The notes under the pieces: generated by a model
What the model was told of the DNA's origin: nothing
Database searches by the model: none
Seen by the model: the letters and a program-made list of their open reading frames with translations, nothing else
Assembly: GCA_021432655.1 (NCBI GenBank)
Contig: MU271218.1
Span: forward strand, 39,277 to 88,130
Origin: Atractiella rhizophila
Taxonomy: Eukaryota
DNA: 48,854 nucleotides
Reading direction: 5' to 3'
Translations under genes and position numbers: made by a program
In this document: piece by piece, positions 11,078 through 24,895 of the stretch
How positions within the stretch are numbered: the stretch's first letter is position 1
Layout of the letters: every line of letters starts with the position of its first letter

Positions 11078-14000
11078 GCTATGCCGTCTTCAGGCTCACT
11101 TTCACTGAGCAGCGGATTAGCAGTGCTGGCTCTCCCTTTTCAGTCAGTGTTGTATGTCATGCTCTCGTGCTTGGAGATGACACACAAAAGGGAGCTGGTC
11201 ACGGAGCCATCCACATCCTGGCGATCGTAGAACATCATTCAACAACATAGTTTGCACGCAACGATCTGCCCGAACAAAGGCGTCGCGATTTAAGCCTCCC
11301 AGCCGTGTTTCCCATTCCCCTGTGGCGGTTGACATTCTTAGGCGGACTAGTCTCTGGATGGAGTTGACAGGAATGAGACTGAGAGGAGGTTGATCAACGA
11401 CACCAACTTGTGTGTTCTTCTTTAGTTCTTGAAGCAAATTGCCAGGGGAAGCGTTGAGTATACTGCGATATGTTGAGAATGGTGCTGAGAACCTCTCAAA
11501 GTAGAATTGCTACCAGAGATTTTATGCACGGACTTGCAGATGTGATTGTTGCTCTCCAGCTGCAAACATAGCTTCCATATCTCCCATCGCTTTGGAGAGT
11601 ACCTCCCATTCATCGTGGCAACAGGTCGCTCTCTGGACTTTTGTGCATAGTCTACACTGTGATGCCTTCGAGCTGTTAGTGTCTTCTTTTCACACGCTTG
11701 GACCGTTGGCCGAAGGAGTTTCTGGAGAGTTATTGCCCCATTGCTACAACATTAGGGGGGGGTGAAGATTTTCTGCAAGTTCATAATAACGTTGATGAGA
11801 AAGCATCAAATCATCATCTCAGTTAGCATGGCGATCTCAGTCCTTACCCCTAGACACCCGGCAAAAGCACGAATGAAAGACATGAGCTCAGCAGAGGCTC
11901 CTAAGACTGCTCTTCTCATTTCCACACTCAACACCTTCCTCACTCATAAAGTGCGTTCATGGATATCAAGATGAGTGATTGCTTCTCACCACATCTCGCT
12001 TCCGCGACAGTTCAACAATGGGAAGGAGGATAAGTATGTTGGATTGCGAATATGAAGCTGAAGCCGGAGGACACGGTGCAAATATGTGCAGGAAGAGGGA
12101 GGGGAGAAGGGGGGCAACGGAGTATCAATCTTGATATTGTCAGTGACGAGGAGCGGAGCGAGAGTCTCCTTACGTGGGCGGACATCTTGAGCGCATTTCT
12201 CTTTCGTTTGTGTCTGGTGAACACTGATGGAGACAAAGATACATGATATTTCAGCTCCTTAAGAACTCCATAATGATGTGTGAGAAGCGCCGGGAAGGTC
12301 CTGTAGAGTTCCCCCATCACTGCCACGTCTTAGCGCATCGATACGCCAGCCCACTGTGACCATTCCAATATCGGATCAAGGTGAGCAGCTTCCATTCTGT
12401 GCTAGCCTCTGCTAAAGCTGACAGGTGGTGTGATCTCGACTCTCCGCAGAACCAGCAAGAAGCATACTTCTGCTCCTTCATCACTTGCAACAACAGCAAC
12501 ATCTTTTGGCACCATTTATCCCCTCCGACGCCAAACCCTTTTGTCGTTCTTCCAGCTGCAATCCAAGTGTGCGTCAACTCTCCCTAACCGATGCTTCTAC
12601 CTCACCAGCACCATCTCTGTGCCTGCATCTGCGCCAGCTGGTCCAAATCTCACAGTTCCAGTGATGACATCTGGTCCGGCTGTTCTACCGCTTCAACGCC
12701 TCAGAGCCACCTGCACAGGACAGAACGAATACGGCAGTGAAGCAACACCTACGTTTACACTTACTCCCGTCCGCATCCGCTTTCTGTCGCTCCATCGCCC
12801 TTACCGGAGCCCAACCAACAAGTATGGCTCCAGACACCCTCCCCTCGTTTTCTTACATTGCTCAGTCTGACGGCGGTGCGTCGAAGAGTAAGTTCTCCAT
12901 TCCTTATCTTCGGCGAAAGAATGAAGGTGGGCTTGGTTTCAGATGTTAAGACGGAGGATGGACCAGTGCCGAAGAGTAAGGAGGAAGCGAAGGATATGGC
13001 TCTTAGGAAGGATGGGACTGTGGAGGAAGATGCGGTCAGTTTGTACCGAAAAATCTGGACAGCTCTTCCTCCTCCTTCTAGCTTCTGGCCCCGCTGTTCT
13101 CGACTGCCGATTGTCGAGAGGTAATTTATTCAACATGTGCCTTAACATCTAAGTGGGGATGGGCAGTGATTTCGACCAAGAGCTCATCGTTGCCATCCTC
13201 AAGGCAGAAGTGACTTTCTATGGTGCCTCCCGGTCCATCCTCCCTCGTACTTCCTGTGCATAATCAGTTAGCGAGCAAGCATCGCTAGGGACCATGTAGG
13301 CTTGAAGCCGCCGCCCACTACTCATTGCTACAAGCTCAAAGATGCAATGCGCGAATTAAGGCCGCTCAGGTTCGTCTCTCCCTGCTCCCGCGATTTTCTA
13401 AAGTTGACACTTGGTCATGTAAATGGCAGAGAGATGAGATGATTTCAAGGAGACCGCACCGCCCTCGAGCACGGAGAGTCACGTAGGACGTGCTACGACT
13501 GCAATGCAGGAAGGTGCTAGGTCTGTCCCTTCGTTGAGTTCCTCGCTACCTTTCCTTCCGTGAGCTTTCCCTCCTCCTTCTCTCCTCTTCCTGGTACGCA
13601 GCTTCGTGCTGACTAGATTGGTTGGCAGGCTGGACGCTGCGAGGTTTCTACAGACTACGGCGAGACCTGCACATTATTTTCCTTACATGTCCGCTCTCCA
13701 AACGCTGACTTATTGTGTCCGTGATGACAGAACCTACAGATTTCCCAATGTACGTTTCAAGCCCTCTACTCCCGTCGAATATGTCGTATAACAGACTACT
13801 GGTGTGGGAACAGACATCTCATCAGAAGATAGAGCGGATCGAACAATACCCTGTGCTGATTCAAAAGCATAGCACATATTGTGGAACGAAAGTGGGGCTG
13901 AAGGTTGAATTTTACCTTCTTCGGGTTCTGCTCCTCCATTTCTGCTGTCCCCTTCGAATAAATGCTAATAACTGAACAGCCAGTCTAAGGTGCTCCTCGC

Positions 14001-15542
14001 ATAGGCAGGTGCGAGACCGTTAGATGCTAGAAGGATAATCGCGGTCGACATTCCAGAGTGGCAGGCTCGCTTCGCAAACAGGTATGTGGGATCGGAGACT
14101 TTCATGCCTGCCAAATGTGCGTCCAACTCTAACGTCTCTGTCCTTTTTGCGTTTGTGGTTTAGCGGATGACAGAGAGCATAGGATAGCGCATTCGAGGAG
14201 GCTCGCGGCTCGCGGAGGAGTCCAAGGTTGCAGACAGGGGATTGCAGGGTTACGACCTCCCCGTCGACTGCACGGCGGCGAGGTGTGTTTGCCCTTGCTT
14301 TCCCTTTCCATCCTACACTTTGCAAATCGGTGTACTGATAGTGATGGACGGACGAGAACAGGCGTGCACGCAGACTGTCTACCTCGCCAAGGACGGCGGA
14401 ACATACGTCCAAGTCGGCATGGCATCGAGTTTGTCCAGGTGGTGCCCGTCACTTGCCATCCTCACAAAGGAAGTGACCGCCAACGGTTCTCTTCGGTCCG
14501 ACCTACTGTTGCACTTCGTTCTGACGCTTCATAGTTACTGAGTTGCTCAATGAATACGGACCAGGGTGTTATGAGCAAGCATTCAATTTATTCCCTAGGG
14601 GCCTGGCCGCATAGACTGATGAGTCGCCATCACACATCGCTTTAAGTTCAAAAATGCAATCTGTGCTCTTAGGACCGCTCAGGTTCGTCTCTCCCTTCTC
14701 CTGTGATGTTCTGAGGTTGACACTGGGTGATGCACGTTTCTAGGAAGCGAAGGCAGAGGATGAAGAGAACGCAATCACGACCATGCGTGACGGATACGAC
14801 GATGGCTGAACCTCAAAGAATGCTTGAATGGAACTCTTTGGACGAAGATTAAGGAATGAAGGACAACAAGATGGGAACTTTGTACTTCGACAAGGGACTG
14901 AAGGAATTCCATTGTCGGCATTGTTGTACCACGTCTTCGACCTCCGACAGCAGATCCTTCTGTTCCCCCAACTAGTCTATCATCGGAATGCAAGAGTCAT
15001 CGTCAACGGTGAGAACAGCTCAAGCAAGACCCCACATTGTGACACTCTCGAGGCGGAATTTGGTATCTTAAACCTTTTACAGGGAATCAGCAGAATTGTT
15101 TGCATAAAAGTAGACACCCGTGATACACAGCAAGCATCCCCCTCACGAATCCCCTCATACCTATTCAAGGAACTAAATAATCCTTCCCCCCTCCTCCCCA
15201 TCCATCATTGTCCATATCCCGCTTCGATAAACTTTGGGAAACCGAATCACTCCGGGCAGTAGGACATAGGAAAACTTTAACCACATTGGGCTCTAACGGT
15301 GCGTGCAGAAGAATTTGGTGCGAACAGGGTTGGGCGAATGTGGTTGAAGATTCCTTGCAACCGTCGAGCGTGAAGTGTTGGGCACGAGGGAGGAGAGATA
15401 TGTGACATCTGATACGATGAATAGCGTTGGGGGATGGATGATCGACGTCGTCCTATACGAATCCCTATCATTTGAATTCTGTGTCCAATAGAGAGAGATA
15501 CGAACTCCGCACCCTCTTCTTCTGTCTTCCCTAGACCGTGAA

Positions 15543-17400
15543 TCAATCTGACTCCTCCCCACCTTCTCCAACCCATGTCAATCTGTAGAATTCGTCCTCC
15601 TCGTCTACAGACTCACTCAACGTGCTCCTAGCCTTGCATATCTCTTCCTCAAGCCAGCCTCCAAAGAATAGCTGAACGTTCAACACGCGTCCTCTCGTTG
15701 TCTTCACCTTTTCAGCACCATTCACCGTATCCGCCTCCTCCTTCACCCCCCTGTCCCCAAAGAACCAGCAGATGAAATCTGAGAATACGAACGGAGTGAA
15801 TTCCCAGTCCACCACACAGTACCAAACATTTACCCAACTTATCGCTTTTGCATTTGTGAGGGTGTGGAAGAACTGGGGGGAAACGAGGTTGGAAGTTTCC
15901 TCACCGCCGTCGAGGGTGAGGGAGGTAAGTTGGTTGAGGTGTGATAGGTCGAGCGGAGTGGGCAGGATGGAGATCTTTCCACCAGGCCAGTAGGGGGCGA
16001 GTGTGATATTGAGATATTCGAGGAGAGGCGGCAGACAGGAGCCTGAGACGGAGGGAGGGAGGGGACACAGATTGGACAGCTCCAGCCATGTGAGGGTGAG
16101 TGGGAGGGAGAGCGATGGGAGAGGTGGGTATGCATGAAGCACTAGTCTTTTGAGGTCAGAAGACAATTGAAGGCCTGGTGATGTCGACAAGGCAGAGTCC
16201 TTGACGTCGTATGCACTGAAGGTTCTGATCCTGTCACCCATCCTCCGCATAAAATTCTCGACCTCATCCTTCTTCCACTTTCTCGAACCTCGCCTCTCAA
16301 AGACTACCCAATCCAACTTCCTCAAGCTTTCAATCACATGCAACACAATCTTCGCCTCCTCTTCATTCCAAATTGCATCCATTGCCAAATACGTAACGTT
16401 CAGCGAGCCAGCGATGACGTCTTTCGCCATCTCAACGCTGACGTCATGGTCCTCACGCCGAAGCGAGAGATTTGTCCACAAACGCCCGGCATTAGGATAA
16501 GCTGTCAAACGAGCATGCATCTCCTTCACAGAACCATTTTCACGATGCAGATAAGGGACTGAAACGGCCTTCCAAAGCTGACAGACGGCAGAAAGTCGCT
16601 TGAAGGAAACGAGATAAGATCCAGTACCTTCTATGAGGCTTTCAGATTTATCGAATGAAAGAAACTCGAAGATGAGTGAGAGGATCTCAGGAGGAAGGTG
16701 TGTGATATTGCATAAACTAATACCTGCAGGTCGAGTTGTGGAGAGGGAGAGTTGGATGGTTGTCCCCAGACCGGTGGATGGGATGGTTGATTCCTCCCAT
16801 TCACTGAGAGGAATGAAACGGAATGTCTCCTCGGAGAATAGGGCAACGGGCTCAAAGAGGACCTGAGAGCGATTATCTGGAAGATGAAAAGTGCATGTGA
16901 AGGGCTTCCAAGACAGGCCCTCCATATCCACGGATGCAAGATATTTTGTATCCCCAAAAGCTACCGTAATACTTTCCTCCTCCAATGCAATGCAAAGAAT
17001 CATTGCACCGTCGGGTTCGACTTCATTTTCGAGACCTGCCAGAGAGAAGTAGGATGGTTTCGAGTGGAAATAAGAATCGGTCCAGAGTTTAAGAGGCAGG
17101 TCAAATGTGATCCGGAGCATGTGAATTGATGGAGGTAGGCGAGAAAGGAAGGAGGGGAGAATGGAGAGGTGGATCGGAGTGCTATGTCGTACCTTTACTG
17201 GGGTGATGAGATGGACCCGTGCGATTGACTCTGTTCCCTGATCATCCTCCTGTGAAATCATTCTGTGAGATAACATGCTGGACTAAAGACCACGAATTCA
17301 GGTTAAACGGACAAAGAGAAGGGAAAAGAGCGTCTCATGCCTGCAGCGCATCCGCGAGTTGTCCAACCATCTCGACGTTCTCCGCGCAATGATCAGACAT
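15543..17400 (-). CDS. F-box-like / LRR protein, array copy 2 (exon 1 17341-17400, or from ATG 17370; GC-AG intron 17283-17340; exon 2 15543-17282)
   Basis: 577-codon ORF collinear with copy 1, with the same F-box-like motif and LRR strands. CAG|GCATGA...TTTAG|TCC splice is in frame. Confidence 0.85.
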
Positions 17401-17690
17401 CACGATCGTGAGGATGGAGATGGCAAAACTGTTCGTGGGAGCCGGTGGATTAGGCGACCGTTGCAATTAAAACAGATTAGGATGGTGTTGGGTGGAAGAA
17501 GTCCGCGTCCGGACGTTGAAGGCTTTAGTTCTCTAGCACATGACTACTAGATAGTGCCACAGGAAATCCTAAAATATGTAAAAGAACTGAAATCCTTTAC
17601 AATACTAGGACCTAAATTACACTGCAATTCAAACGAGAGCTAGGGCAGTACGCTCTGATAATGATGCTTCGTTCCCTAATGATCCGAATG
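17401..17690 (-). promoter_or_regulatory. Conserved upstream non-coding block, putative promoter/5' UTR of the F-box genes (also about 7915-8190, 24896-25190, 32640-32910, 46020-46290)
   Basis: GGACGTTGAAGGCTTTAGTTCTC, AAATATGTAAAA and CCTAA(A)TTACACTGCAxxTCAAACGAGAGC are retained upstream of all five copies, more faithfully than the adjacent spacer DNA. Confidence 0.5.
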
Positions 17691-20399
17691 CGAGATGAGG
17701 CTACATAAGCCTGGGAGAACTATGGTGGGTAGTCGGCAATCTGGCTGGCGGAGGTGGTAGAGGAGCTCGCTTGCATCTCAGCGAAAACATCGGTGATGTT
17801 CGAGTCAGGAGGGAAGGCAGAGGTGTAGGGGCCTAAGAGATGGGCCAACGCAGACTGTTTGTTGTGGTCCTTGACTAAACAGTCCCCCTTGCGCTCCTCT
17901 TTCTCGATGAGCCGTTACATCGTCGACCTCGATGTCACGAAGCAAGCGTCGGTCGAAGGCGACCAACGGAGTGTGAGACAGGATGAGGTCGAGGAGAGAA
18001 TAGGACGGCGTCATGGAACAGAGCACAGGTATAGGATGGCGAGATGGCGAGAGAGTCCGAACAGAGGTGTGAAGAAAGTGTGACGCGGCCATCTGACATC
18101 CCCTTGACACATCTGCCCTCCCTGCTATTCGACATTCAACCTCAAGTCCATGTTCGACGTCTGACTTCCGACCGCTCATGGCTTGGTGCAGGCGTGAGGG
18201 GGGGGGAGTGCAAGAGGACGTGGAGTGAGACTATCAGAAAAGGGGGCAGTGAAGGATCTAGTCTACATGTCAGTTAGGACCCTTGTGGGAAGGAAAGAGA
18301 GGGAGAAAGGGAATATCCTGCCAGCAGAAAGAAAAGTCGTAACCAGGCTAGCGTGCGAAAAAGGCAGAGGGGTTGGCGGAGTGCGAAATGAAAGGCGAGC
18401 TTTGGCGCAGAGGGTATGAGTAGCAAAAAGAGGAGGCAGAGGTCAAAAAGGAGTAGAAGAGACACCGGGACGGCCCTTCTCACGCCTTTTTGCGATCACC
18501 GACCGAATTCGTCCGCTCTGTCCACCATTTTCACCATCTGAAGTGACTCTCATGCTTTGTTTTGCGAGAGAAACTTGAACGGATTGGTGGAGGGGGAATA
18601 GCAATAGTAGACGGCAAGACAATAGGCGAGGCGCCGAAAGACGGCCGCACGAGTGGGATGCGCGAATGGGTTGGCAGGGACTTCTTTCTGACCTCCTTTC
18701 TGACTCCATCTGAGCCACAGTCCACCTCCTTCGCCATCACGGTGCCTCTACAACGCCTCGCGGTTGACTTGCGATGTCTACCGTGGAGCAAGTTGCTCAG
18801 AGTCGAGGGATGGCTGAAGCGGGGATGGGGATGGTAGAGAGCGAGGCGAAGCGACAGGGCAACCGTGGGTGAGAGAAAGCATATCATGCCTCTCCGATGT
18901 CCAGGCTCAATCCCCGACCCTCTGTCTCACTCCGTCCTCTGCTTTGGCGATCCGACGCCCAACTCGGCCTGGCGTTCGTTTCGGAGGACAGAAAGGTTGG
19001 TGGAGGAGCGGGAGGATGATGGATGTCGGCGGGGGTGTAGGGAGAGGGCGGGGGTGTAGGGAGAGAGCGATGATGGAGCGAGAGAGGCGAGAGGCTTGGC
19101 AAGGGTTACGGGAAAGCGGGATAGGTCGGAACGGGGTATTGAGACTGGTGCAGGATGGCGCTTGCTGGGCGCCCGCGTCACCTTTTGCGTCCCGCACATC
19201 CCTCGCACTGCTCTCTTGCTTCGTAGCCTCAGCAGCGAAGGTAAGTAGGGACACTGGGAGCGTCGAGCAGTGCTGAAGCGTGAAAGGGCTGCAGGAGGCA
19301 GAGTGGTGATGGGTGTACAGGGTGAGTTGGCGAGGAACCTAATTCCTATGTCAGTAAGCGCGATTGCAAAATAGGGAGAAGGGAAGGGAAGGTCACCTTA
19401 TCCGGTAACTCTTTGTGCCATAGACTTTTTAGCCCTGTGTTGATCCATCCCTGGCCCCTGTTTCGCTTTTTTCGCTCCTTCCTGCCCTGCACTGCCCATC
19501 GAATTACCTGCTGCTCACACTCTCTTTCGCTGGTTAGCAGCCCAGGCACTTCCTTCTCGGTCAGTGCCGTCCGTCATGCTGTCGTGTCGTGCTTTGCTCT
19601 CCCTTTCCATCTGTGTCAACTTCACCTTCCATTACGACCCATTCTGTTCACAATGCATCTTGAGATCTTCCCTTCCTTCCTCTCGCTGATTGTCCTTGTC
19701 CATTCATCACTTGCTCACACCAGTGCAACCGACTACGTCATCCTTCGCGTGTGGGAAGGGCACATGAGTAAAAGCGGGCGGTGGAAGGTAGCTACGGCTA
19801 AAGAGAATGTGGAGGGTAGCGGAGCTGAAGGATGCCGGAGTAGGCTGAAACAGGATAGGGACACCAAACCATCCAGAGCGAAAGAGACTGTGGACGGATT
19901 GGACGACGCGAAAGAGGTGAGGCGGAGTGAGGCGGAGTGGATTGGGACTGCATGACAGCTCAGAGCGGAAAGGAGGGAAGAACGGCGGAGGGACGGAAGA
20001 CGAGGCACAGAGGCGTGAGATGTTCGTAGTTTCGGAGGGGGACTAACTGAAACTCATCCACTTTCGCTTTCACCGGTCACATTCGCGACGCGGCGCGTTC
20101 CGAATATTGAATGGGCAAGATCTCACCACAGCCGTCTGTCATCTTTTTCTTCCTGTGCCCAACTTGCAACTAATCAAATGATGGATGCAGGATCCACGCA
20201 AAGTCGTCGGTGATTCCGACGTCCCCGAATGGGAAGATCGCGGATTTCAGCGTCAAAGACGCTATGGTCTAGGATCACCACACTGCTCACGTAGTCGTTG
20301 CTGGTACGTCTCCACCTCTCCCCGCTGCCCGCCTCTCATCCTCTTGCTAAGAGAAAATGAACATAGTTTGGCCCAAAGTTAGCTACCTCAAGAAGGTAG

Positions 20400-22120
20400 A
20401 ATGCATCGCGCCTGAGCCTGGAGACAGACTCCTAGGACGTCTTACGACCGCAAAGCGGGAAGGTATGCCCTTCCACCAAGGTTTGGCTACTCCTCCTTTC
20501 GTTCGTCATTCCTCTTCCTTCCGTCCGCTCTGTGGTACGTGTTTCGGTGCTAACAGCATTGGATGGGCAGGACGGAACTCTCCAAGGGTTCTACGAGCTC
20601 CGCGGCGACTGTACGACCGCTCCATCTCGTCTACTCCTTACTGCCATCGCTGCCCTATCGTGTCTGTGCTGGAAGCGCTTACAACTTCAGGATGTGCGTT
20701 CCATTCCCACTGCGCCATGGAAAATCTTGTGAACCAGACCGAATGGATAGAACGTTTCCCTGGTCGAACCGCTCTCGTGGCTGTCCAAAGCATGGCACGT
20801 ACTAGTGGATAAAAGCTGGCTTGAACGTCGTCATCTGCGGGTTCATCTCACTCCCCCTTCTCCTCTGTCTGTTGAATAAAGAATAATAATGTAGTTGTAA
20901 AGAGCTGGTCCTGTTGGACTCTTCAAACTCAGCCACGAGATGCTAGAAAGACCATAGCCATTGACACCCAAGAGCGTAAGCTGGCTTTCGCGAAGAGTGT
21001 GTGGGGTCGGAGGAGTTTGTTCCTCCTAAACGTGTGTCCCATTCTCACTGTTATGCGTGTTTTGTCTTACGTTTCTTTTTGCGTGTGGCGTGTTTGTGGT
21101 CGTGGTTTAGTGGAGGAGGGAGAGGATAGGATTGCGTATTCGGGGAGGGTCGCGGAGATCATGAAGGAGGTCAAGGTTGCAGACAGGGGATTGGATGGTA
21201 TAGACCTGGCCGTAGACTGCATGGGGCTGAGGATCGTTTCTCCGTCACTCCCGTTCTGCACTTTTGGATATTGGTGTATCGATGCACGAATGAGAACAGG
21301 TGTGCATCCAGACCGCCCTCTATCTTGTAGAGGAAGGCAGAACGTGGCCCGGGTCGGAATGGGTACGAGTTCGTCCAAGCTCCCATCACCGTCGTCCTCA
21401 TGAAGGAAGGCTCCTTAGGCTCCTTCTGTTGCTTCTCCTTCTACTGCCTGTACGCATTTCCGAAGCTTCCAGGTTGGTTATTGATTTGCGTGATAGATAA
21501 GGGCTAAGAGAGTTGAGCCAGTGATTGATCTGGTTGCTAGGGCTCTTGTCGACTTGAAGTCGCTCGAAATACAGCGCTACAAGTTTAAAGATGCAACTCG
21601 CGCCTTTGAGACAATGCAGGCTCATCTCCCGTGTTCTCTTCCGCCTCGATGTCACAAAGTTGAAAATCTGGTGATAATGGTTCGCCCTATACGACACGAA
21701 GGGACAGGATGTGGAGGGACGCGATAAAGAGTGTCATCGATGGATTACGACAACGATTGAACCTTGCACCTACGTGCATGCAACTCTCGGAAGTATTACG
21801 GAAATGAAGGAGCAAAAAGATGGATTTGTACTACTACAAAGGGTTCAAGGAATGGTACCATTGTTATACCACATCTTCGATCTTCGACTACAGCCTTCTC
21901 TTCTCTTAAGTAATCCATCGTCGAATGCACGAGTCGTCTCAACTGTAAGAACAACTCCAGCAAGACTCAAAGGGTGAATCAGCATCTTTACATTGTGGCA
22001 CTGTTTGACAGAACTTACTGTCTTCGGCGCTTTTACAGGGAATCAGCAACATTGTTTGCATGAGAGAAGACATCCGTAATACAGAGAGCATGTTCCTCAC
22101 AAACCCAACCTCTCAATCCC
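20400..22120 (+). pseudogene. Decayed spacer gene B, convergent with the F-box gene (also about 4000-5560, 13500-15270, 27850-30420, 42730-43750)
   Basis: Recurring fragments such as IAYSxRVAxIMKExKVADxGLxGIDLxVDC, GxEFVQxPVxxILT, YVxATLGxIxExKE, LLYHxFDLR, LLQGISRIV. All copies are interrupted and no family is recognised. Confidence 0.45.
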
Positions 22121-22129
22121 CGAAGCTTC

Positions 22130-22432
22130 TGTTGGAGATCCGTGGATGTCACATGTTTGTTCTATTTGCATTGCGTTCCGGATGCCGTGCCAAACATGTG
22201 CACTTCACCACTAGTCCGGACTTATAAGTATGCTTGATGTGTTTTCTTTCCTTTTCTTTTTCCCCAATCACATATTCGTTTATACCATTTGCACTCACTA
22301 ATAAGTGATTGGGGATTGTTATGTATGTACGATTATTTATACTGCAATCACATATTCGTTTATACCATTTGCACTCACTAATAAGTGATTGGGGATTGTT
22401 AGTGCAAAGTGGTAGAAAGTACATTTCTCACT
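22130..22432. mobile_element. Probable solo LTR (303 bp)
   Basis: AT-rich insertion absent from sister units (empty site GAAGCTTCCTCAA at about 30368). 5-bp TSD GCTTC at 22125-22129 and 22433-22437. Starts TGTTGGAGA but ends ...TCTCACT rather than CA. TATAAG at about 22223. Confidence 0.7.
22265..22401 (+). repeat. 57-bp perfect direct repeat (22265-22321 and 22345-22401) inside the solo LTR
   Basis: CAATCACATATTCGTTTATACCATTTGCACTCACTAATAAGTGATTGGGGATTGTTA occurs twice with an 80-bp period. Confidence 0.95.
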
Positions 22433-22558
22433 GCTTCCTCAAGAATGGAATCATCAACAGCAATTCTACTCCTTCCCATCTATCGTCATCATTGCCGGTA
22501 TACCTCATTTCCTGATCCCCACAGAACCAGCAGATAAACACTAGGAACCGACTCACTC

Positions 22559-22742
22559 TGTTGTCGTTCATGATTCATCCTGCCATCTCACTTGAGTGGC
22601 AATTCTAGAACGTTCCTTTTTGCCACCAGTTCTCGCATTTTGTCTTATCTTAGTTTTCTGAAGATTCTAGAACATTGTATCCACAAGTATATAAAGGCTC
22701 TGAAAAGCGAAATAATTATTATGACATTGTACAATAACAACA
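22559..22742. mobile_element. Solo LTR (184 bp)
   Basis: TGTTGT...ACAACA termini. 5-bp TSD CACTC at 22554-22558 and 22743-22747. TATATAAA at 22688. Absent from homologous sites at about 5715, 30458 and 43820. Confidence 0.85.
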
Positions 22743-23070
22743 CACTCTACGCAGTACGAATAGCTATGACCTTTACCACATTGTGTTCTAATAGTGCGCA
22801 CGGAAAGACTTGATGTGGATGGGGTTCCAAGATTGCTCATAAATACCGAGCAAGAGGTAGCGAGTACGAGGGAAGTGACCTCTGTGCGGTGACGTTTGAG
22901 GAGCAGTACATTGAATGGTGGGGGGGGACGGATGGAGGGATGGCATTGAGTCCAGCCCTATTCCCAGTCACCAATTTCAATGCTGCGTTAGATGGAGAGA
23001 GGGATACAAACTGCACACCTTCTTCTCGTGTCTTCCATAGACCGTTGGTGAAATCTGAGTATCTCCATCA

Positions 23071-24895
23071 TCACTCCTCCCCACCCTCCTCAACCCATAT
23101 CCATTTAATCCCCTCACTCACCCCGAACTCTCTCAACGTGCTCCTTGCCTTGCATATCTCTTCCTCAAGCCACCCTCCAAAGAATAGCTGAACCCTCAAC
23201 TCGCGTCCTCTTGTCATCTTCACCTTTTCCACTCCATCAGCCATATCCCCCTCGTCCTTCACCCCCCTGTCCCCAAAGAACCAGCAGATGAAATCTGAGA
23301 ATACGAACCTTGTGAATTCCCAGTCCACCACACAGTACCATACATCTATGTACTTTATCGCTTTTACATTTGTGAGGGTGTGGAAGAACTGGGGGGAAAC
23401 GAGGTTTGAAGTTTCCTCACCGCCATCGAGGTAGAGGTTAGTGAGATGTTTGAGGTGTGAAAAGTCGAGTGGACTGGGTAGGATGGAGGTCTTTCCATCA
23501 GGCGAGTAGGGGGCGAGGGTGATCTTGAGCCAATGTAGAAGAGGCGGTAGACAGGAGGCTGAGACGGAGGGGGGGAGCGGACACAGTTTGCAGAGACCCA
23601 AGTATGTGAGGGTGAGTGGCAGGGAGAGCGATGGGAGAGGCAGGTATGTGTGAAGCTCTAAGCTTTCGAGGTCAGATGATAATTGAAGGCCTGGTGATAT
23701 CAACGAGGCAGAGTCCTCCACGTAGAAAGAACGGAAGTTTCTGATCCTGTCACCCATCCTCTGCATAAAATTCTCGACCTCGTCCTTCTTCCACTTTCTC
23801 CAACCTTCCTCTCCAAACATTATGTCATGCAACCTCGTCAAGCCTTCCAACGCATGCAACACAATCCTCGCCTCCTCTTCATTCCAAATTGCATCCATCC
23901 TCACCTTCGTAACATTTGGCGCACCGGCGATGATGTCTTTCACCATCTCAACGCTGATGTCATCTCTCTCAAATGAGAGGGATGTCCGCAAACGCCCGGC
24001 ATTAGGATAAGCTGTCAAACGAGCATGCATCTCCTTCACAGAAACATATGCACTCAAATATGGGACTAAAACAGCCTTCCAAAGCTGACAGACGGCAGAA
24101 AGTCGCTCGAAGGAAGCGTGATATTCAGATTCATCGAATGAAAGAAACTCGAAGATGAGTGAGAGGATCTCGGTAGGAAGGTGTGTGATACTGCATAAAC
24201 GAATACCTGTAGGTCGAGTTGTGGAGAGGGAGAGTTGGATGGTTGTCCCCAGACCGGTGGATGGGATGGCTGATCCTCCCCATCCACTGAGAGGAATGAA
24301 ACGTTGTTGCTTCTTGGAGTATAGGGCAACGGGTTCAAAGAGCGTCGCAGAGCGATTATCTGGAACACGAAGCGTGCAAGTGAACGGCTTCACGTCCAGG
24401 TTGTCCGAATTCAGGGATGCAAGATTTTTGGTATCCCCAAAAGTCACCGCAATACTTTCCTCCTCCAACGCGACGCAAAGAATCACTGTACTGTCGGGTT
24501 CATTTTTGAGACTTGCCAGGGAGAAGTAGGAATATTTCGACGGCCCATACCTGAGCTTCCAGAATCGAATAGGTAAGACAAACGTGATCCGGAGCATGTG
24601 AATTGATGGAGGTAGGCGAGAAAGGAAAGAGGGAAGGATGGAGAGGTGGATCGGAGTGCGATGTCTTAAGTCTACTGGGGTGATGAGATGGACCAGTGCA
24701 ATTGACTCTGTTCCCTGATCATCCTCAGGGGAAATCAATGTTTCATTCTCAATCCTTCGCAGAGAAGATACGCTGGACTGAAGGCCACGAATTCATGTCA
24801 AACGAGACAAGAGAAGGGGAAAGATCAAATCATGCCTGCAGCGCATCCGCGCGTTGTCCGACCATCTCGACGTTCTCCGCGCAATGATCAGACAT
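23071..24895 (-). CDS. F-box-like / LRR protein, array copy 3 (exon 1 24836-24895, or from ATG 24865; GC-AG intron 24778-24835; exon 2 23071-24777)
   Basis: 555-codon ORF whose track start is TTG. The frame stays open up to the acceptor TTCAG|TCC. Paralogous to the other copies throughout. Confidence 0.85.

Noticed and set aside
22265..22401. Repeat-spacer-repeat resembling a mini CRISPR
   Set aside because: Only two 57-bp copies, inside a TSD-flanked insertion in eukaryotic DNA, with no cas genes.
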